Origin: Octopus vulgaris
Lineage: Eukaryota
Assembly: GCA_951406725.2 (NCBI GenBank)
Contig: OX597835.1
Coordinates: forward strand, 42,160,001-42,224,000
Direction: 5' to 3'
DNA: 64,000 bases
This document shows, one piece after another, positions 39,942 to 53,800 of the stretch. Position 1 is the first letter of the stretch; each line of letters starts with the position of its first letter. A model generated the notes under the pieces. It did not search any database. It was given only the letters and a program-made list of their open reading frames with translations, and was not told where the DNA came from. A program made the position numbers and the translations under genes.

Positions 39942-41551
39942 CAGTGGAGGGAAATAAATATTCGTACATGACAAAATTCTTTATTTAATTTCTAATGAAC
40001 ATAAATGGGATATACCAATACTATATTTGCATACAGATGCATAAACTAAGAATATGCAAAAGAAACTAATAAATTATAGTTATTAATGAATTTATATACA
40101 ATCATAAATATTTAGGGGTGAAAAAAGTATTTGTACAGAATAAATTTATGATTTTCTATGCCACAAAATACTGTTAAAATAATTTTTTTTTACTAGAACT
40201 TTCTCGTTTGTTCCAATAATCTTATCAGTTGTCATTTTTAAGAGTCAAAACGCTAGCTTCTTCATTCAGCATTGAGACAACATAAAGTAGTATCGTAATA
40301 ATGGCGAAAAGTAAAGAACTCAGAAATACTGTGAAAAACTTAATTATTGAACAGTGGAAAGCAGGTAAAAGTTACAGGAAAATATCAGAGACCCTTTGTA
40401 TTCCATTTTCTACCATATCTTCATTTATTCAAAGATATAAAAAATCGGCAACTGTTGAAAACAGAATAAGATCCAGTGCATCATGCAAGATTTCCCCTAG
40501 ATCTTTAAGAAAACTGAAGTGAAGAATCGAAAAAAAAACACATTAATCACCAGAAAAGAGTTGCAAGAAGATTTGTTAGCTTCAGGGGCTAGTGTTACAC
40601 TACGAACAATCAGCAATGAACTTCATAGGAATGAACTGAAGTCACGCTCTCCTAGAAAAACTCCACTATTGACTAAAAGGCATAGAGATGTCCGTTTAAA
40701 ATTTGTTTATGAACATAAAGATAAATCTGATACATTCTGGGAAAATGTTCTATGGACAAACGTGTCGAAAATTGAATTGTTTGGACGAATTTCGCGTCGC
40801 CATATTTGGAGGAAAGATGGTACCGCCGATTCACCGAAAAACACAATTCCTACCGTCAAGTTTGGAGGTGGCAACATCATGGTGTGGGGGTGTTTCTCTG
40901 CAAATGGTACTGGCAATTTACATGTGATAGATGGTTGAATGAATGCAGAGATGTACCAAAATATTTTGAAAAATAATTTATGGGACTCTGTAGAAAAGCT
41001 CCAGCTTTGTGAAGGGTGGGTTTTACAACAGGATAATAACCCTTAGCTCATGGCGAAGTCTACCAAAAAATGAACTGTCGATCACAATGTAAAATTATTA
41101 GAATGGCCAAGCCAGTCACCTGACTTGAACCCCTTTGAAAATTTGTGGCGTTATTTGAAAATTAAAATTCATTCAAGAGCCCCAACGTGCATTGCAGATT
41201 TGAAGAAAATTTGTCAAGAAGAACGGGAAAAAATTCCTAAAGAAGCATGCGAGTCATTGATTAAGAACTACAAGAAGAGATTGGTTGAAGTGGAACTGAA
41301 TAATGGTTATGCTACGAAGTATTAAATCAGAATTATCAGTTATTTATGTTCTGTACGAATACTTTTTTCACCCCTAAATATTTATAATTGTATATAAATT
41401 CCTTAGTTACTGTAATTTATTAGTTTCTTTTGCATATTCTTAGTTTATGCACGTGTATGCAAATATAGTATTGGTATATCCCATTTATGTTCATTAGAAA
41501 TTAAATAAAGAAAGAATTTTGACATGTACGAATATTTATTTCCCCCCACTG
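39942..41551 (+). mobile_element. Full-length Tc1-family transposon with long IR/DR ends
   Basis: TA|CAGTGG...CCACTG|TA. About 205-bp TIRs, each with outer (gaaataaatattcgtaca) and inner (gaaaaaagtatttgtaca) direct repeats. 1610 bp. Confidence 0.95.
40301..41325 (+). pseudogene. Tc1 DD34E transposase pseudogene
   Basis: MAKSKEL HTH start, PRKTPLL, VLWTNVSKIELFG (catalytic D mutated), GGGNIMVWGCF, QQDN and WPSQSPDLNPFENLW. Frameshift near 40520 and several in-frame stops. Confidence 0.93.
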
Positions 41552-41564
41552 TATATATATATGC

Positions 41565-41614
<50 letters not shown>

Positions 41615-41733
41615 GTATATGTATATATATATATATGTATATGTATATATATATATATGTATATATATATATGTTATATATATATATGTATATATATATA
41701 TATGTTATATATATATATATGTATATATACATA

Positions 41734-41776
<43 letters not shown>

Positions 41777-41896
41777 TATATATGTGTGTGTGTGTATATA
41801 TATATGTATATATGTATATATGTGTATATATATATAATGTTTGCATTTTATTTGTCTCAATATATATATTTTGTATGCATTTTGTTTGTCTTTCAG

Positions 41897-42056
41897 CTCC
41901 AAACCTTTAGTGCCTCCCAAAAAGCTAATACAATGAAACTACTAAACGAAGCCATCCAAATTTTTCATGGTTCTTCCTTTGACCAAGATTACAAGAACTT
42001 CCAGAAACATATCGCTGGTATCAGAAGAGTTCTCACTCAGACACGCACAAACAAAG
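41897..42056 (+). CDS. Plakin-family gene, exon H ([53 protein letters not shown])
   Basis: Acceptor gtctttcag, donor G|gtcagt, 160 nt, phase 0/1, open and helical-looking. Positionally equivalent to the FRTLKPEEQ... segment of plectin. Confidence 0.8.
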
Positions 42057-42544
42057 GTCAGTCTCTCTCTCTCTCTATCTGTCCATCCATCCATCTGTCT
42101 GTCTACATGTCTGTCTGTCCATCTGACCATCTGTCTGTCTATCAGTCTGCCTGTTTGTTCATCTGTCCAGTTTATCTGTGCGTCTGTCGGTCTGTCCATT
42201 TTTCTGTCCGTTTGTCTCTTTCTCTGAATGTTACAATCTTTTCAGCTATTCCGGTATATTCCGTCATAAATGCCAAAACACACCAAAAGCTGGATAGTCT
42301 GAACATGGATGCTTCACCTGCTAAACCTTATTGGAGCATCAAACGAAATACCTTTACTCTTTTACTTGTTTCAGTCATTTGACTGCGGCCATGCTGGAGC
42401 ACTGCCTTTAGTCGAGCAAATCGACCCTAGGACTTATTCTTTGTAAGCCTAGTACTTATTCTTTCAGTCTCTATTGCCGAACCGCTAAGTTACAGGGACG
42501 TAAACACACCAGCATTGGTTGTCAAGCAATGTTGGGGGACAAAA

Positions 42545-42610
<66 letters not shown>

Positions 42611-44131
42611 AGGCGCAATGGCCCAGTGGTTAGGGCAGTGGACTCGCGGTTGTAGGATCGCGGTTTCGATTCCCAGACCGGGCATTGTGAGTGTTTATTG
42701 AGCGAAAACACCTAAAGCTCTGGCAGGGGGTGGTGGTGATCCCTGCTGTACTCTTTCACCACAACTTTCTCTCACTCTTTCTTCTGTTGGCCTGCTCGCT
42801 TAGCCAGCGGGGTGGCGTCATTTGAAGGCTAAAACAATGCGAAGCGCATTGTGACCAGCGATGTGTAGCAACATCTGATGGCCTGGTTGGTCATGGTGAT
42901 CATGGTGATATATACATATGCGACAGGCTTCTTTCAGTGTCCGTCTACCAAATCCACTCACAAGGCTTTGGTCGGCCCGAGGCTATAGTAGAAGATAATT
43001 GCCCAAGATGCCACACAGTGGGACTGAACCCGGGACCATGTGGTTGGTAAGCAAGCTACTTACCACACAGCCACTCTTGCGCCTGGTATTTTTTCAGGCT
43101 CTTTACTTTCTGTGTCCTTTGATGACAAATTGAATTCCTGACAGCTTCATTGTTTGATGGGGTGGCCTGGGGTCGGATGGGGTGGCGTGGGGGATAACCA
43201 TTTGTTTAGAAATAGGTGAGAGTGGGCTAAAGGAAGGGCACCCAGTCATAGAAGATTGTGCTTCAGCACAGTTTTATCTGATCTTGCCAAGCACGGAAAT
43301 GTAGATATTAAAATGACGATGGTGATGATGATGATGATGATGGTGGTGGTGCTGACAATGGTGATGGTCTCAGTGATGATGATGATGCTAGTGGTAATGG
43401 TGACGATGCTGACAGTGATGCTGACAGTGATGATGACAGTGATGATGACAGTGATGATAGTGATGTAAACAAGGTACGACAGTCTTCCTGCTTCCTCTGC
43501 CATTCTCATGCAGACTCTCTCCCCGTGCACCCACCCCTCACCACCACCACCACTACCATCTCACTCTGTTCCGTCTCATTTCCATTATGTTTCCTTCTCC
43601 CCAATCTTTTCCCCCACCTTCCCCACCCTACTTCCTCCATTTTTTTTTTTTACCTTTTTCTTTTATCTCTTCTTTTTTTTCCATTTCTGGTTCTTTCCCA
43701 AATTCTTCCCAAATTCATCCCAAAATGTCGAGAACATTCCTCCCTTCACTGCACATTTGTTGCCAAATTACTTTGAGAAACATTTCTTCAACTGCACAAA
43801 AAAAAAAAAACACAAAAAACCCAAACAAACAAACAAACAAACAAAAACACCCAAGAAAAAAAGAAACTGAAAAAGAAATCCCTACCCCACCCCCACCCCA
43901 AACTACCGTTTTATTGCTTAGTAAGGAGTAAAAAGGGAGTGGGTAATCCTTCGGAACAAGGAGCAGAGTGAAGGGGGGGCAGAAAAGGAGAGCAGGGGAT
44001 GGTCCTTCTAATGCACATCACTCAGACATATTTCGTTTTCTGTCTCATTCTTGTTTTATTTATCCCTTTTTTCTTTGAATAATTTCATTTATCTATTTCT
44101 TTGTCTTATTTATTTTCTTTTTGTTTTTTTT

Positions 44132-44186
<55 letters not shown>

Positions 44187-44834
44187 CATCATCATTGTCA
44201 TTATTATTGTTATTAGGCAATGAGCTGGCAGAATCGTTTGCACGTCGGGCAAAATGCTTAGTGGTATTTTGTCTGCCGCTACGTTCTGAGTTCAAATTCC
44301 GCCGAGGACCACTTTGCCTTTCATCTTTTCGGGGTCGATTAAATAAGTACCAGTTACGCACTGGGGTTGATAATAATCGACTTAATCCGTTTGTCTGTCC
44401 TTGTTTGTCCCTTCTGTGTTTAGCCCCTTGTGGGTAGTAAAGAAATAGGGATTTTGCTTGTTGCTAAATTCTGCCAAGGTCAAATTTGCCCTTATTCCTT
44501 GGTGGTGGTGGGGGGTCAGTAAATTAAGTACCAGTGAAGTACTGGGGTTGATGTAATCGACCAGTTCCCTCCCCTAAAATTTCAGGCATTGTACTTATAG
44601 CAGAAAGGATTATTATTATTATCATCATTGTCATCATCATCATCATCATCATCATTATTATTATTATTCAATGTTTGACTTTTGCTTTACATTTGCACAA
44701 GCTGGCTCCAAGTCTCACCCAGAGGCCTCAAGAGACAACAAGTTGGAAGTTCATGTTGGTGTTATGCCTAGGGTGCCATATATTTGGTTTTGTACTTAGT
44801 GTTGTACAAGTGAATGTCTAAAAAAACCATACAA

Positions 44835-44873
<39 letters not shown>

Positions 44874-45694
44874 TGTTTCAGTCATTAGACTGTGGCCATG
44901 CTGGGGCACCACCTTGAAAGGAGTTTTAGTAAAAGCAAATCGACCCCTCCCACCAGTACTTATTCCTTTTTTTAACTCTTGTATTTAACCTCTGGATCTC
45001 TTTTTGCTGAACTGTTAAGTTACAGGGATGTAAACAAACCAACACTGTCAAGTGGTGGATGCACAAACACACACACACACACACTCACATGTATACGACG
45101 GGCTTCCTTCAGTTTCCATCTACCAAATTCACTGACAAGGCTTTGGTTGACCCAACGCTATAAACAGAATAACACTTGCCCAAAGTACCATCACGGTGGG
45201 ATTGAACCTGTAACCATATGGTTGGCAAACAAACTTCTTGGTGAGATTTGAACTTAGAACAGCGAGTGTCAGAATACTGCGAGACATCTCATCCAACATT
45301 GGGTGGGACTTCTCACTTGGCCAATTTCTAGAACATTTGACACTTAAAATATTTTAGCCAAAAATATTTTAGCCATCACCTCTATTCTCCCCCATTATAT
45401 CTGTTAGTCGAGGTTTTCTTATTCTTTTCTCATGGAATTACATTAATAAATGAATAAAAATCCAAAATATTCGCACTGGAAGTTCTAAATTGGAATGTCC
45501 TTAAATTTCCTATAAATGCTTAAAATAAATTTAGGGGAAAGTTAATGCGAAAGAATTCAAAGGGATTTCCTCCGTTATTTCCTTGTCTCTCATTTTAAGA
45601 AAATCTCAACAGGAATTAAACTTATTCATTTCCCGTGGTTGGCAGAATCATTAGAACACGAGACTGAAGTACCTTGTGGTATTTTCTCCAGTTT

Positions 45695-45726
<32 letters not shown>

Positions 45727-46269
45727 TTATCATTCTCACACGCACACACACTCAAATTTGGTGTGAATTGAGCAAATTCCTTTAAGCTGGTGAGCTGGCA
45801 GAATTATTAGCATGTCAGACAAAAATGCTTAGCAGCATTACGTCTGTCTTTATGTTCTGAGTTCTAATTCCGCCGAGGTTGACTTTGCCTTGCATCCCTT
45901 TCAGGGTCAAGAAAATACCAGTTTCACACTGGGGTCGATGCAAGTGACTTGCTCCCTCCACTGGCTTTGTGCTAAAACTTGAAACCATTATCATCATTAT
46001 TATTTACTTTTAATCTGCATGTTTGTTGCAATCACTTGCCGAGACACACCCAGCGTCCTGGGGCGAGTGAAGGATAAGAGATGTTACATTTTGACTGAAA
46101 GCTTGAGGAGGGGAAGTGGCAGGGGCAGGAGCGAAATATCTTCATGTGATACAACACAGACATCTAAATGGATAGGATTTTTTTCTAAGGATGTGGGCAG
46201 TACTTGTCAGCAACAATCTCTCTGGATTTCTCTGAGACATGGTTCTCCTGGGATATTATCTAAATATTT

Positions 46270-46740
46270 CTGACATCCCTTTTTTTATCATACCAAGGGC
46301 ACCTACAATAACAGGAACATTTCTCGCTTTATGATGCTACATTTTTGTATTTCAATTTCCAGGTCGTTATATTTAATTAGTTTGTCAAGTTCCTTTACAG
46401 ATATACTTTTATCAATAGGAACACTTACCTCTATTAGTCTACAAGTATTTTCTTTAATGACTATGTCTGGTCGATTAGCCTGGATCGTTCTGTCAGTGTT
46501 GACTGGAAAATCCCAGGGGAAAATGACATTTTTTACCTTCAACGACTGGCTCAGGATGATGTTCATACCAGTCAGCAGGAGTGTAGATTTTGTAGTGTTT
46601 ACATATTTTCCAATGTAAATACTATCCTACCCTATCGTGGCGATTTTTGTATACGTTTGGTGTCAGCACAGGCCATCCCGAGACAAGATGTTCTATTGTT
46701 CGTTGTTATTCGTTCAGTACCCAAGCATTGCTCACCTGTA
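46270..46740 (-). mobile_element. R4/Dong-like LINE remnant (zinc knuckle plus REL endonuclease)
   Basis: WDFPVNTDRTIQANRPDIVIK...IEVSVP...KY.DLEIEI. A decayed EHLVSG...RHDRV segment lies upstream. Confidence 0.8.
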
Positions 46741-47337
46741 GGTTTATATCGAACACCTGCGTGTGGGACGGATCTGGCTGACAACTCAATCCATCGTGAC
46801 GATCGCCCCGCCGCCTTCCTTTAACCGAGAAGAAAAGGGTGTGTTTATATGCCTGGTGACCATGGCAAAAGAGGTTGTATAGTGGACAAGATTGGAGGGG
46901 CTGAAGACAAACACTTTTCTCTTTGGCCAATCCCTGATCAACTTCTTCAAGTTTCACTCGAAAAGGAAAATAAGGGTCGAGAGGGAAATGCTGTCTTCTA
47001 ACCAGTTTGCTGAAAGGTGGATGAAAGTGGCGAGAATGGTGCGGGTGAACGGGCCTGCCCTGAGCACACGCATGTAGTTGGAGAAAAGGAAACGAGAGGC
47101 AGGGTACCCATGGCTTTTATGGGGTTTTTCCATGAGCGGCCCTCGAACGTCTCCTCCCTATTGAGGGTCACGCATTTTTGATTTAAAAATACTTAACAGC
47201 ATTTCGTTCTGTTCTTTAAATTCTGAGTTCGAATCTTGCCGAGGTCAACTTTGCCTTCCATCCTCTTGGAATCAACAAAAATAAAGTTGCCAAGCAGTGG
47301 GAGAGGGGCGGGACAAAGACACACGCGCGCGCGCACG

Positions 47338-47381
<44 letters not shown>

Positions 47382-47382
47382 T

Positions 47383-47439
<57 letters not shown>

Positions 47440-48440
47440 TACATACATACATACATACATACATGAGAGAGAGAAAGAAGGAGAGAACTTTGCCTACCAG
47501 TTGAGGCTGGTAGCCAACAATGGATTAAATTATTATTTTCTGCTGAAGATCTGGCGTTTTAAGGTGACTGTGTAATCTACATAACAATACTTTATGACAT
47601 ACAAGGATACTCAAGCGAAACACATGTAAAGATTATGGAATTCATGATGTCGTGATAAAGAGTTTGTGAAGGGGCATGGCCTTGTGGTTAGAGGTGTTGC
47701 TTTCACAATCGCAAGACCGTGGTTTCGATTCCCAGACCAGCAGTACGTTGTGTTCTTGAGCAATACATTTCATTTCACATTTGCTCCAGTCCACTCAGCT
47801 GTAAATGGTCACTCTGTGACGGATTGGCGTTCCGTTGAGGGGGGTAGAATGTTGGCCCTCCCACCTAGGCAGTAGGGTAACATCATTTGAAAGCTACGAC
47901 AATGCGAGGAAGCGCATTGTGTCCAGCGGTGTATAACAACATCCAACGGTCTGGTCGAAACAGTGATAAGAAAGAATTTAAGTGAATCTCCCGTTTTATT
48001 TTGTTATGTGGAACTGAACCAGAAACCACAAGGCTGGGAAGCGAGCTTTTGAACCACACGGCAAAAGAAGAAAATTAAATCGGACAGGGAAGCTTCAAGA
48101 TTGATTAGAAACATTTTTTACTTTTCAAATATTGCCAAGAAAAATAAAACAGATACGCCCAAAGAAATTCCTGTCAAATTTTAACGGCATTTTTCACGTT
48201 TTAAGGAAATACTTGGATTGTTTGCGATTTTGATGTTTGGAAGGGGAAATTGTAAGTAGCAGACGACAAGGAGGAACAAGTCTGTGATCAGGTTTACGTT
48301 GTTTAATCGTAGATCAGTTGTCATCGAACAGATTATAGGCATTCCGACCATGACCATCCCGTCTATTTCAGAGTGTGTAGAACAGTGTTTCTCAACCATT
48401 TTATAATTAAATGTTATTAGAATTTGCATTAAAAAAATTT

Positions 48441-48849
48441 GGATCTTTTCGGTTTGAACGGCAGTTTTTATAGCAGTGTCATATGAAATTGTCACCCATA
48501 ATTATGACCCTAGTATCGATCTATTGCATTTCAATCTGTTTTAGGGTTCGGGGTGGGGGAAGGGTATCTTTTTTTCTTCACAAATGTAAATAAACCCAAT
48601 CTGTTTCTTAAACGAGGGACATATTCATATGGCACAGAATGTTTTCACCTCAATAGACGTCATTGATTGGTTGAAATTGCATAAATTAAAGAAAAGAAAC
48701 AACAAATATCTTACAAACTATAGAATTTTCTCAATAAAGTCAAGAGAAAAAGATGTTTTATAAACACATTCTACCAGTATACGAAGTTTAAATGTGTTTA
48801 GTTACGTGGAAATTATGTTAAAAAACTGCCGTTCAAACCGAAAAGATCC
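48441..48849. mobile_element. Second copy of the GGATC-TIR MITE, opposite orientation to 6279-6695
   Basis: Same TIRs and body. Flanks aaaaattt and aaaaattg give a 7/8 TSD match. Confidence 0.9.
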
Positions 48850-49394
48850 AAAAATTGAAATATCTTGTGTAATGTAAAAGTGCAACCAGTTCATTGCAGA
48901 TAAATTTTGATAAAAATAAAAAAATAAAAGGAAATCTTAAATGGACCCCGGTTGAAAACCACTGATGATCCTCAACGTGTCTTTTGTTTTACTAAGACGT
49001 GTATGGGGTGTGTGTGATGGGGGGGAGCGCGGTTTGAAGTTGATTTAGCTGTTATTTCTAGCAGGCTAGGCGATAGCGTACCGGCACCTTTGTTTGATAA
49101 GATTTAATTATTGAGGTGGAAATGAAATCGGAATTCTTGAAATGAATCCAATAAAAATTTCAATAAATTTTAATCACTTGAATCTGTTTCATTTACCGAA
49201 ATTTAACCAAAATATTTCCAAATTTTTACACAACGTAGATTTTTTCATATATATTTATTTTTTGTAGTTTTTATTCATTGTAGAATTTATTTATTTTTGG
49301 TTGCCAAATTATTAATATTCCGCTTTCTGTAATGTAATCTTGTTTTACAATCCTCTATTCCCTGAGCACCCACCGGGTGTCTATCCAAGTGAAT

Positions 49395-49452
<58 letters not shown>

Positions 49453-50030
49453 GTACACGCACACACACACACACATACACATACATGTGTACGCACACAC
49501 ACACACACACTCATACACACATACATGTGTACGCACACACACACACATACACACATACACACGCATACATGTGTATGCACACACACACACACACATACAC
49601 ACACATACATGTGTACACACACACATACATGTGCACACACACACACACATACATATGTACGCACACACACACACACACACACACACACGCAAAAGCGTGC
49701 ACACGTTAAATTGTCTCTTGTTGAAGCGAGGAAAATGCCAGACATTCCAACTCGATGAAGAAACACAGAAAAAGAGGAATCGGCCGACAAAAGTGTGATT
49801 TGGTTCCTTCCCGGCCCCACCCCCTCATTCGCTCCCTACCGCCCCCGCCGTCGCCTCCCCCGCCTTTTGACTGACGCTCCCTTCCCCTCCCCCCATCAAC
49901 GGTTGTTCCATGTTTTTTCTTTAGAACATGAAGAAGCAGTGATGATGTATTGATAGAATGTTTGTATTTGTTTCTTTATTCTTCGTATCAACTTGTTGTC
50001 CAAGCATCAGTCAACGGCCACCGTTTAGAA

Positions 50031-50830
50031 CACCACCACCACCACTACCACCACCACCACCACTACCATCACCACCACAACCACCACCACTACCACTACC
50101 ACCACCACCACCACTACCACCACCACCACCACTACCACCACCACCACCACTACCATCACCACCACAACCACCACCACTACACACCACCACCACCAACCAC
50201 CACTACCACCACCACCACCACTACCATCACCACCACAACCACCACCTCTACCACCACCACCACCACCACCACCATCACCACCACAACCACCACCACCACT
50301 ACCACCACTATAACCACCACCATCCTTCACCACCACCACCACCACCACCACCACCACCACCACCACCACCACCACCACCATAACCACCACCACCACCACC
50401 ACTACCACCACTATAACCACCACCATCCTTCACCACCAGTATCAACATCACCATATCAGTATTTCCACCACCGCCATCACCACCACCTCCACCATTATTT
50501 ACATCATCATCCTCGCCATCATTAATCATTATCTCCGCCACCACCACCACCTTCACTACCACCCACCATCGTCACAACCATAAACACCACCACCACTACC
50601 ACCACCACGAGTATCAACACTATCAACATCACCACATCAGTATTTCCACCACCGCCCTCACCACCACCACCACCACCACCATCATCATCATCATCCTTGC
50701 CATCATTATCGTTATCTCCGCCCCCACCACAACCACCACCACCACCACCACCCCAACCATCATCTTCACCATTAATACCACTTTCACTACCACCCACCCA
50801 CCATCGTCATCGTCATCGCCATCGCAAACC
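50031..50830. repeat. (CAC/CAT)n array
   Basis: Directly visible, with internal duplicated blocks (e.g. atcaacatcacca[t/c]atcagtatttccaccaccgcc twice). Confidence 0.95.
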
Positions 50831-53800
50831 GTGGAGTGTGTCTCTCTCTTGTCACAGCTGATGACGATGACGATTCTACAAGTTACTTAAAGCACCACCA
50901 CCACCACCACCACCAACCATCGCCATCGCCACCATCGCCGCTAACCATTTCGAAGCCAGGCTGCTGTTGTTGCCGGCAACAACACGAGGAACTCCTTACA
51001 TCCTGCAACTCTTATTTTTATTTATTCGGCATCAAAACAGAACAACAAACAACATTGTCAAAAAAAATCCCTTATATTTTGGATTTATTTCTCAAAAAGA
51101 TTCTTTAATTCTTCGACCAAAAAAAAATGGACGAAGAAACTCCACCAAAAGACGAAGGTGATGTTTTTTTGTTTTTGTGATTCAGTTTTTTTTTGTTGTG
51201 TTTTGTGTGTATTTTGTTTGTTTTTTATTTTCTGCTGTTTTTTTTCTCTTTCTTCCTCGTTGTTAAATATCTTTGAGATTGGTAACGGCATGAATGCCAC
51301 CTCATCGCATATCTTCTCCCCGCAAACATAACGTTCTTCCTCAACAGACAGCAATAATTATAATCATTTATTATTCATAATAGTAATAATAATAGTAATT
51401 CTGTCTGCTATAAATAAGCAAAAAGGCCTAAAATTGTCGGGGAATCGGGGGTGGGGTGGGAGAGCCTCGTCGATTACATCGGATCCCCTCCCCCCAGGGC
51501 TCCCTGTACTTATGTAATTAATCTGTACTTTTCTCATACATTCTTGTTTATAGCCGTACAAACGTGTGTGTTCATGTTTACTCTTACATACATCCGTTCG
51601 TCCACATATATTCTCTTTATATTCCTGCTTGTATATAGACTTAAATATACGCATACATACATGCATACACACTCACGTATATATACACATACTCGTTTGG
51701 GTTAACTCAATATTCTTGTTTACAGCTATATACACTCATCTGGTTATTTAGATATTCATGTTTATAGTTATATACATTCGTTCATTCATACACACACACA
51801 CACACACACTCTCTCACAGACACACACACACACACTCTCACACACACACACACACCCGTTTGGTCAACTCAATATTCTTGTTTACAGTTACAAATACACT
51901 CATTTAGTCAAATAACATATTCATGTTTTACACACTCACTCGTTTCCCCCCCCTCTTCAACCTCTGCACAATTCAATTTCTCTTTCTTTTCTCTTCCATT
52001 GTTCTCTCTCTCTCCCTCCTCTTCTACCCCCCACCTCTTTCTCGCAGACAATGGATTATTCTGTCCATAAAAACCCCACCAATTCCACTTTTGCCCATTC
52101 CTTCCCTTAACCAACATCCAGGCTCCACTTTACACTCGTCTTGTTTTGTTTCTGCTCAATTAAACAAACCTTTCGTTGTTTTTTCAATCCTTTGTCTTCG
52201 ACGAAGGAAACCTGTTATTCTCACGGCTGTCGCTCTTTTCTCTCTTTCCCTTCATCTCTCTCCAACACACCTAGTTTCGTTTGCGATATTGTTATTGTAT
52301 CGCTGTAGTGTTGTTATCCATAATGTTTATAGCTGTAGTATTTAATTATTGTTGTTGTTGTTGCCGCATTCCTAATGTTGTTACACTCTTTTTCTCTTTT
52401 ACTCTCTTTTACTTGTTTGATTCATTTGACTGCGGCCATGCTGGAGCACCGCATTTAGTCGAGCAAATCGACCCCCAGGACTTATTCTTTGTAAGCCTAG
52501 TACTTATCAATCGGTTCTCTTTTGCCGAACCGCTAAGTTACGGGGGGACGTAAACACACCAGCATCGGTTGTCAAGCGATGTTGGCGGGACAAACACAGA
52601 CACACAAACATACACATATACATATACATATATACGACGGGCTTCTTTCAGTTTCCGTCTACCAAATCTACTCACAAGGCTTTGGTCGGCCCGAGGCTAT
52701 AGTAGAAGACACTTGCCCAAGGTGCCATGCAGTGGGACTGAACCCGGAACCATGTGGCTGGTAAGCAAGCTACTTACCACACAGCCACTCCTACGCTTGC
52801 GATCAGTCTTGATTAAACAGATCTATTGTTTTTGCACAGCTCTGCATGTATAATGTGGTACATTGTTGTTATTGCTGTTTGAGTCTGGTGTTGTTGTCGT
52901 TATTATTATTATGACACTTAACGCTGGTGTGTCTGTTGCTGTTATTAGCTGTGGTGTTGTTGTTGTTGTCGATGTCATTATTCTAGTAAAAGCAGCGAAC
53001 TGGCAGAGTCGTTAGCAAGCCGGGCGAAATGCTTAGCGGCATTTCGTTCGTCTTTACGTTCTGAGTTCAAATTTCGCCGAGGTCAACTTTGCCTTTCATC
53101 CTTTCGGGGTCGATAAATTAAGTACCAGTTGCGTACTAGGGTCGATGTAATCGACTTAGCCCTCCCCCAAAATTTCAGGCCTTGTGCCTATATTAGAAAG
53201 GATTATTACTGCTATTATTATAGTAGTTCAAATCTAAAACAACAGACCGATAGGTTTGGTCATCTGTAGACTTTGACCAACGGTCAGTATTGTATACATC
53301 TGGTCATAGATTGATAGTTGTTGCTGTTGTGCCGCGCTGGTCAGTCGTTGTTTGACCCTTACACCTTGTCACTTTATGTAGTAGACATACAAACATGATG
53401 TGGCTGTGTGGTAAGAAGCTTGCTTCCCAACCACATGGTTCCGGGTTCAGTCTCACTGCATAGCACCTTGGGCAAGTGTCTTCTACTATAACCTCTTCTA
53501 CTAAAGCCTTGTGAGTGGATTTGGTAGACGGAAACTGAAAGAAGCCCGTCGTGTGTATGTGTGTCTTTTTGTCTGTGTTTGTCCCCACCACCGAATGACA
53601 ACCGGCGTTGGCATGTTTACATCCTCGTTATCTAGTGGTTCGGAAAAGTGATCGGTAGAATAGTTACTAGGCTTTAAAAGATGTCCTGGAGTCAATTCTG
53701 CCTCGAATAATTTTTAGCCGAGCGAATCAACCCCAATACTTCTTTTACTTATTAATTAATTAATTAATTAATTTATTTATTTTGTTTTAAAGCCTGGTGC

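Noticed and set aside
42609-42681. tRNA gene (ggaggcgcaatggcccagtggttagggcag...ggtttcgattccc)
   Set aside because: tRNA-like head of a SINE. It continues into a body shared with 47666-47970, and I see no acceptor stem or adjacent terminator.
49950-50797. Poly-Pro/His/Thr/Gly ORFs (extensin- or mucin-like)
   Set aside because: A (CAC)n array open on both strands, with no unique coding flanks.
51085-51354. Minus-strand ORF MLSVEEERYVCGEKICDEVAF...
   Set aside because: No ATG start (TTG), no recognisable domain, and it runs into low-complexity A-rich sequence.
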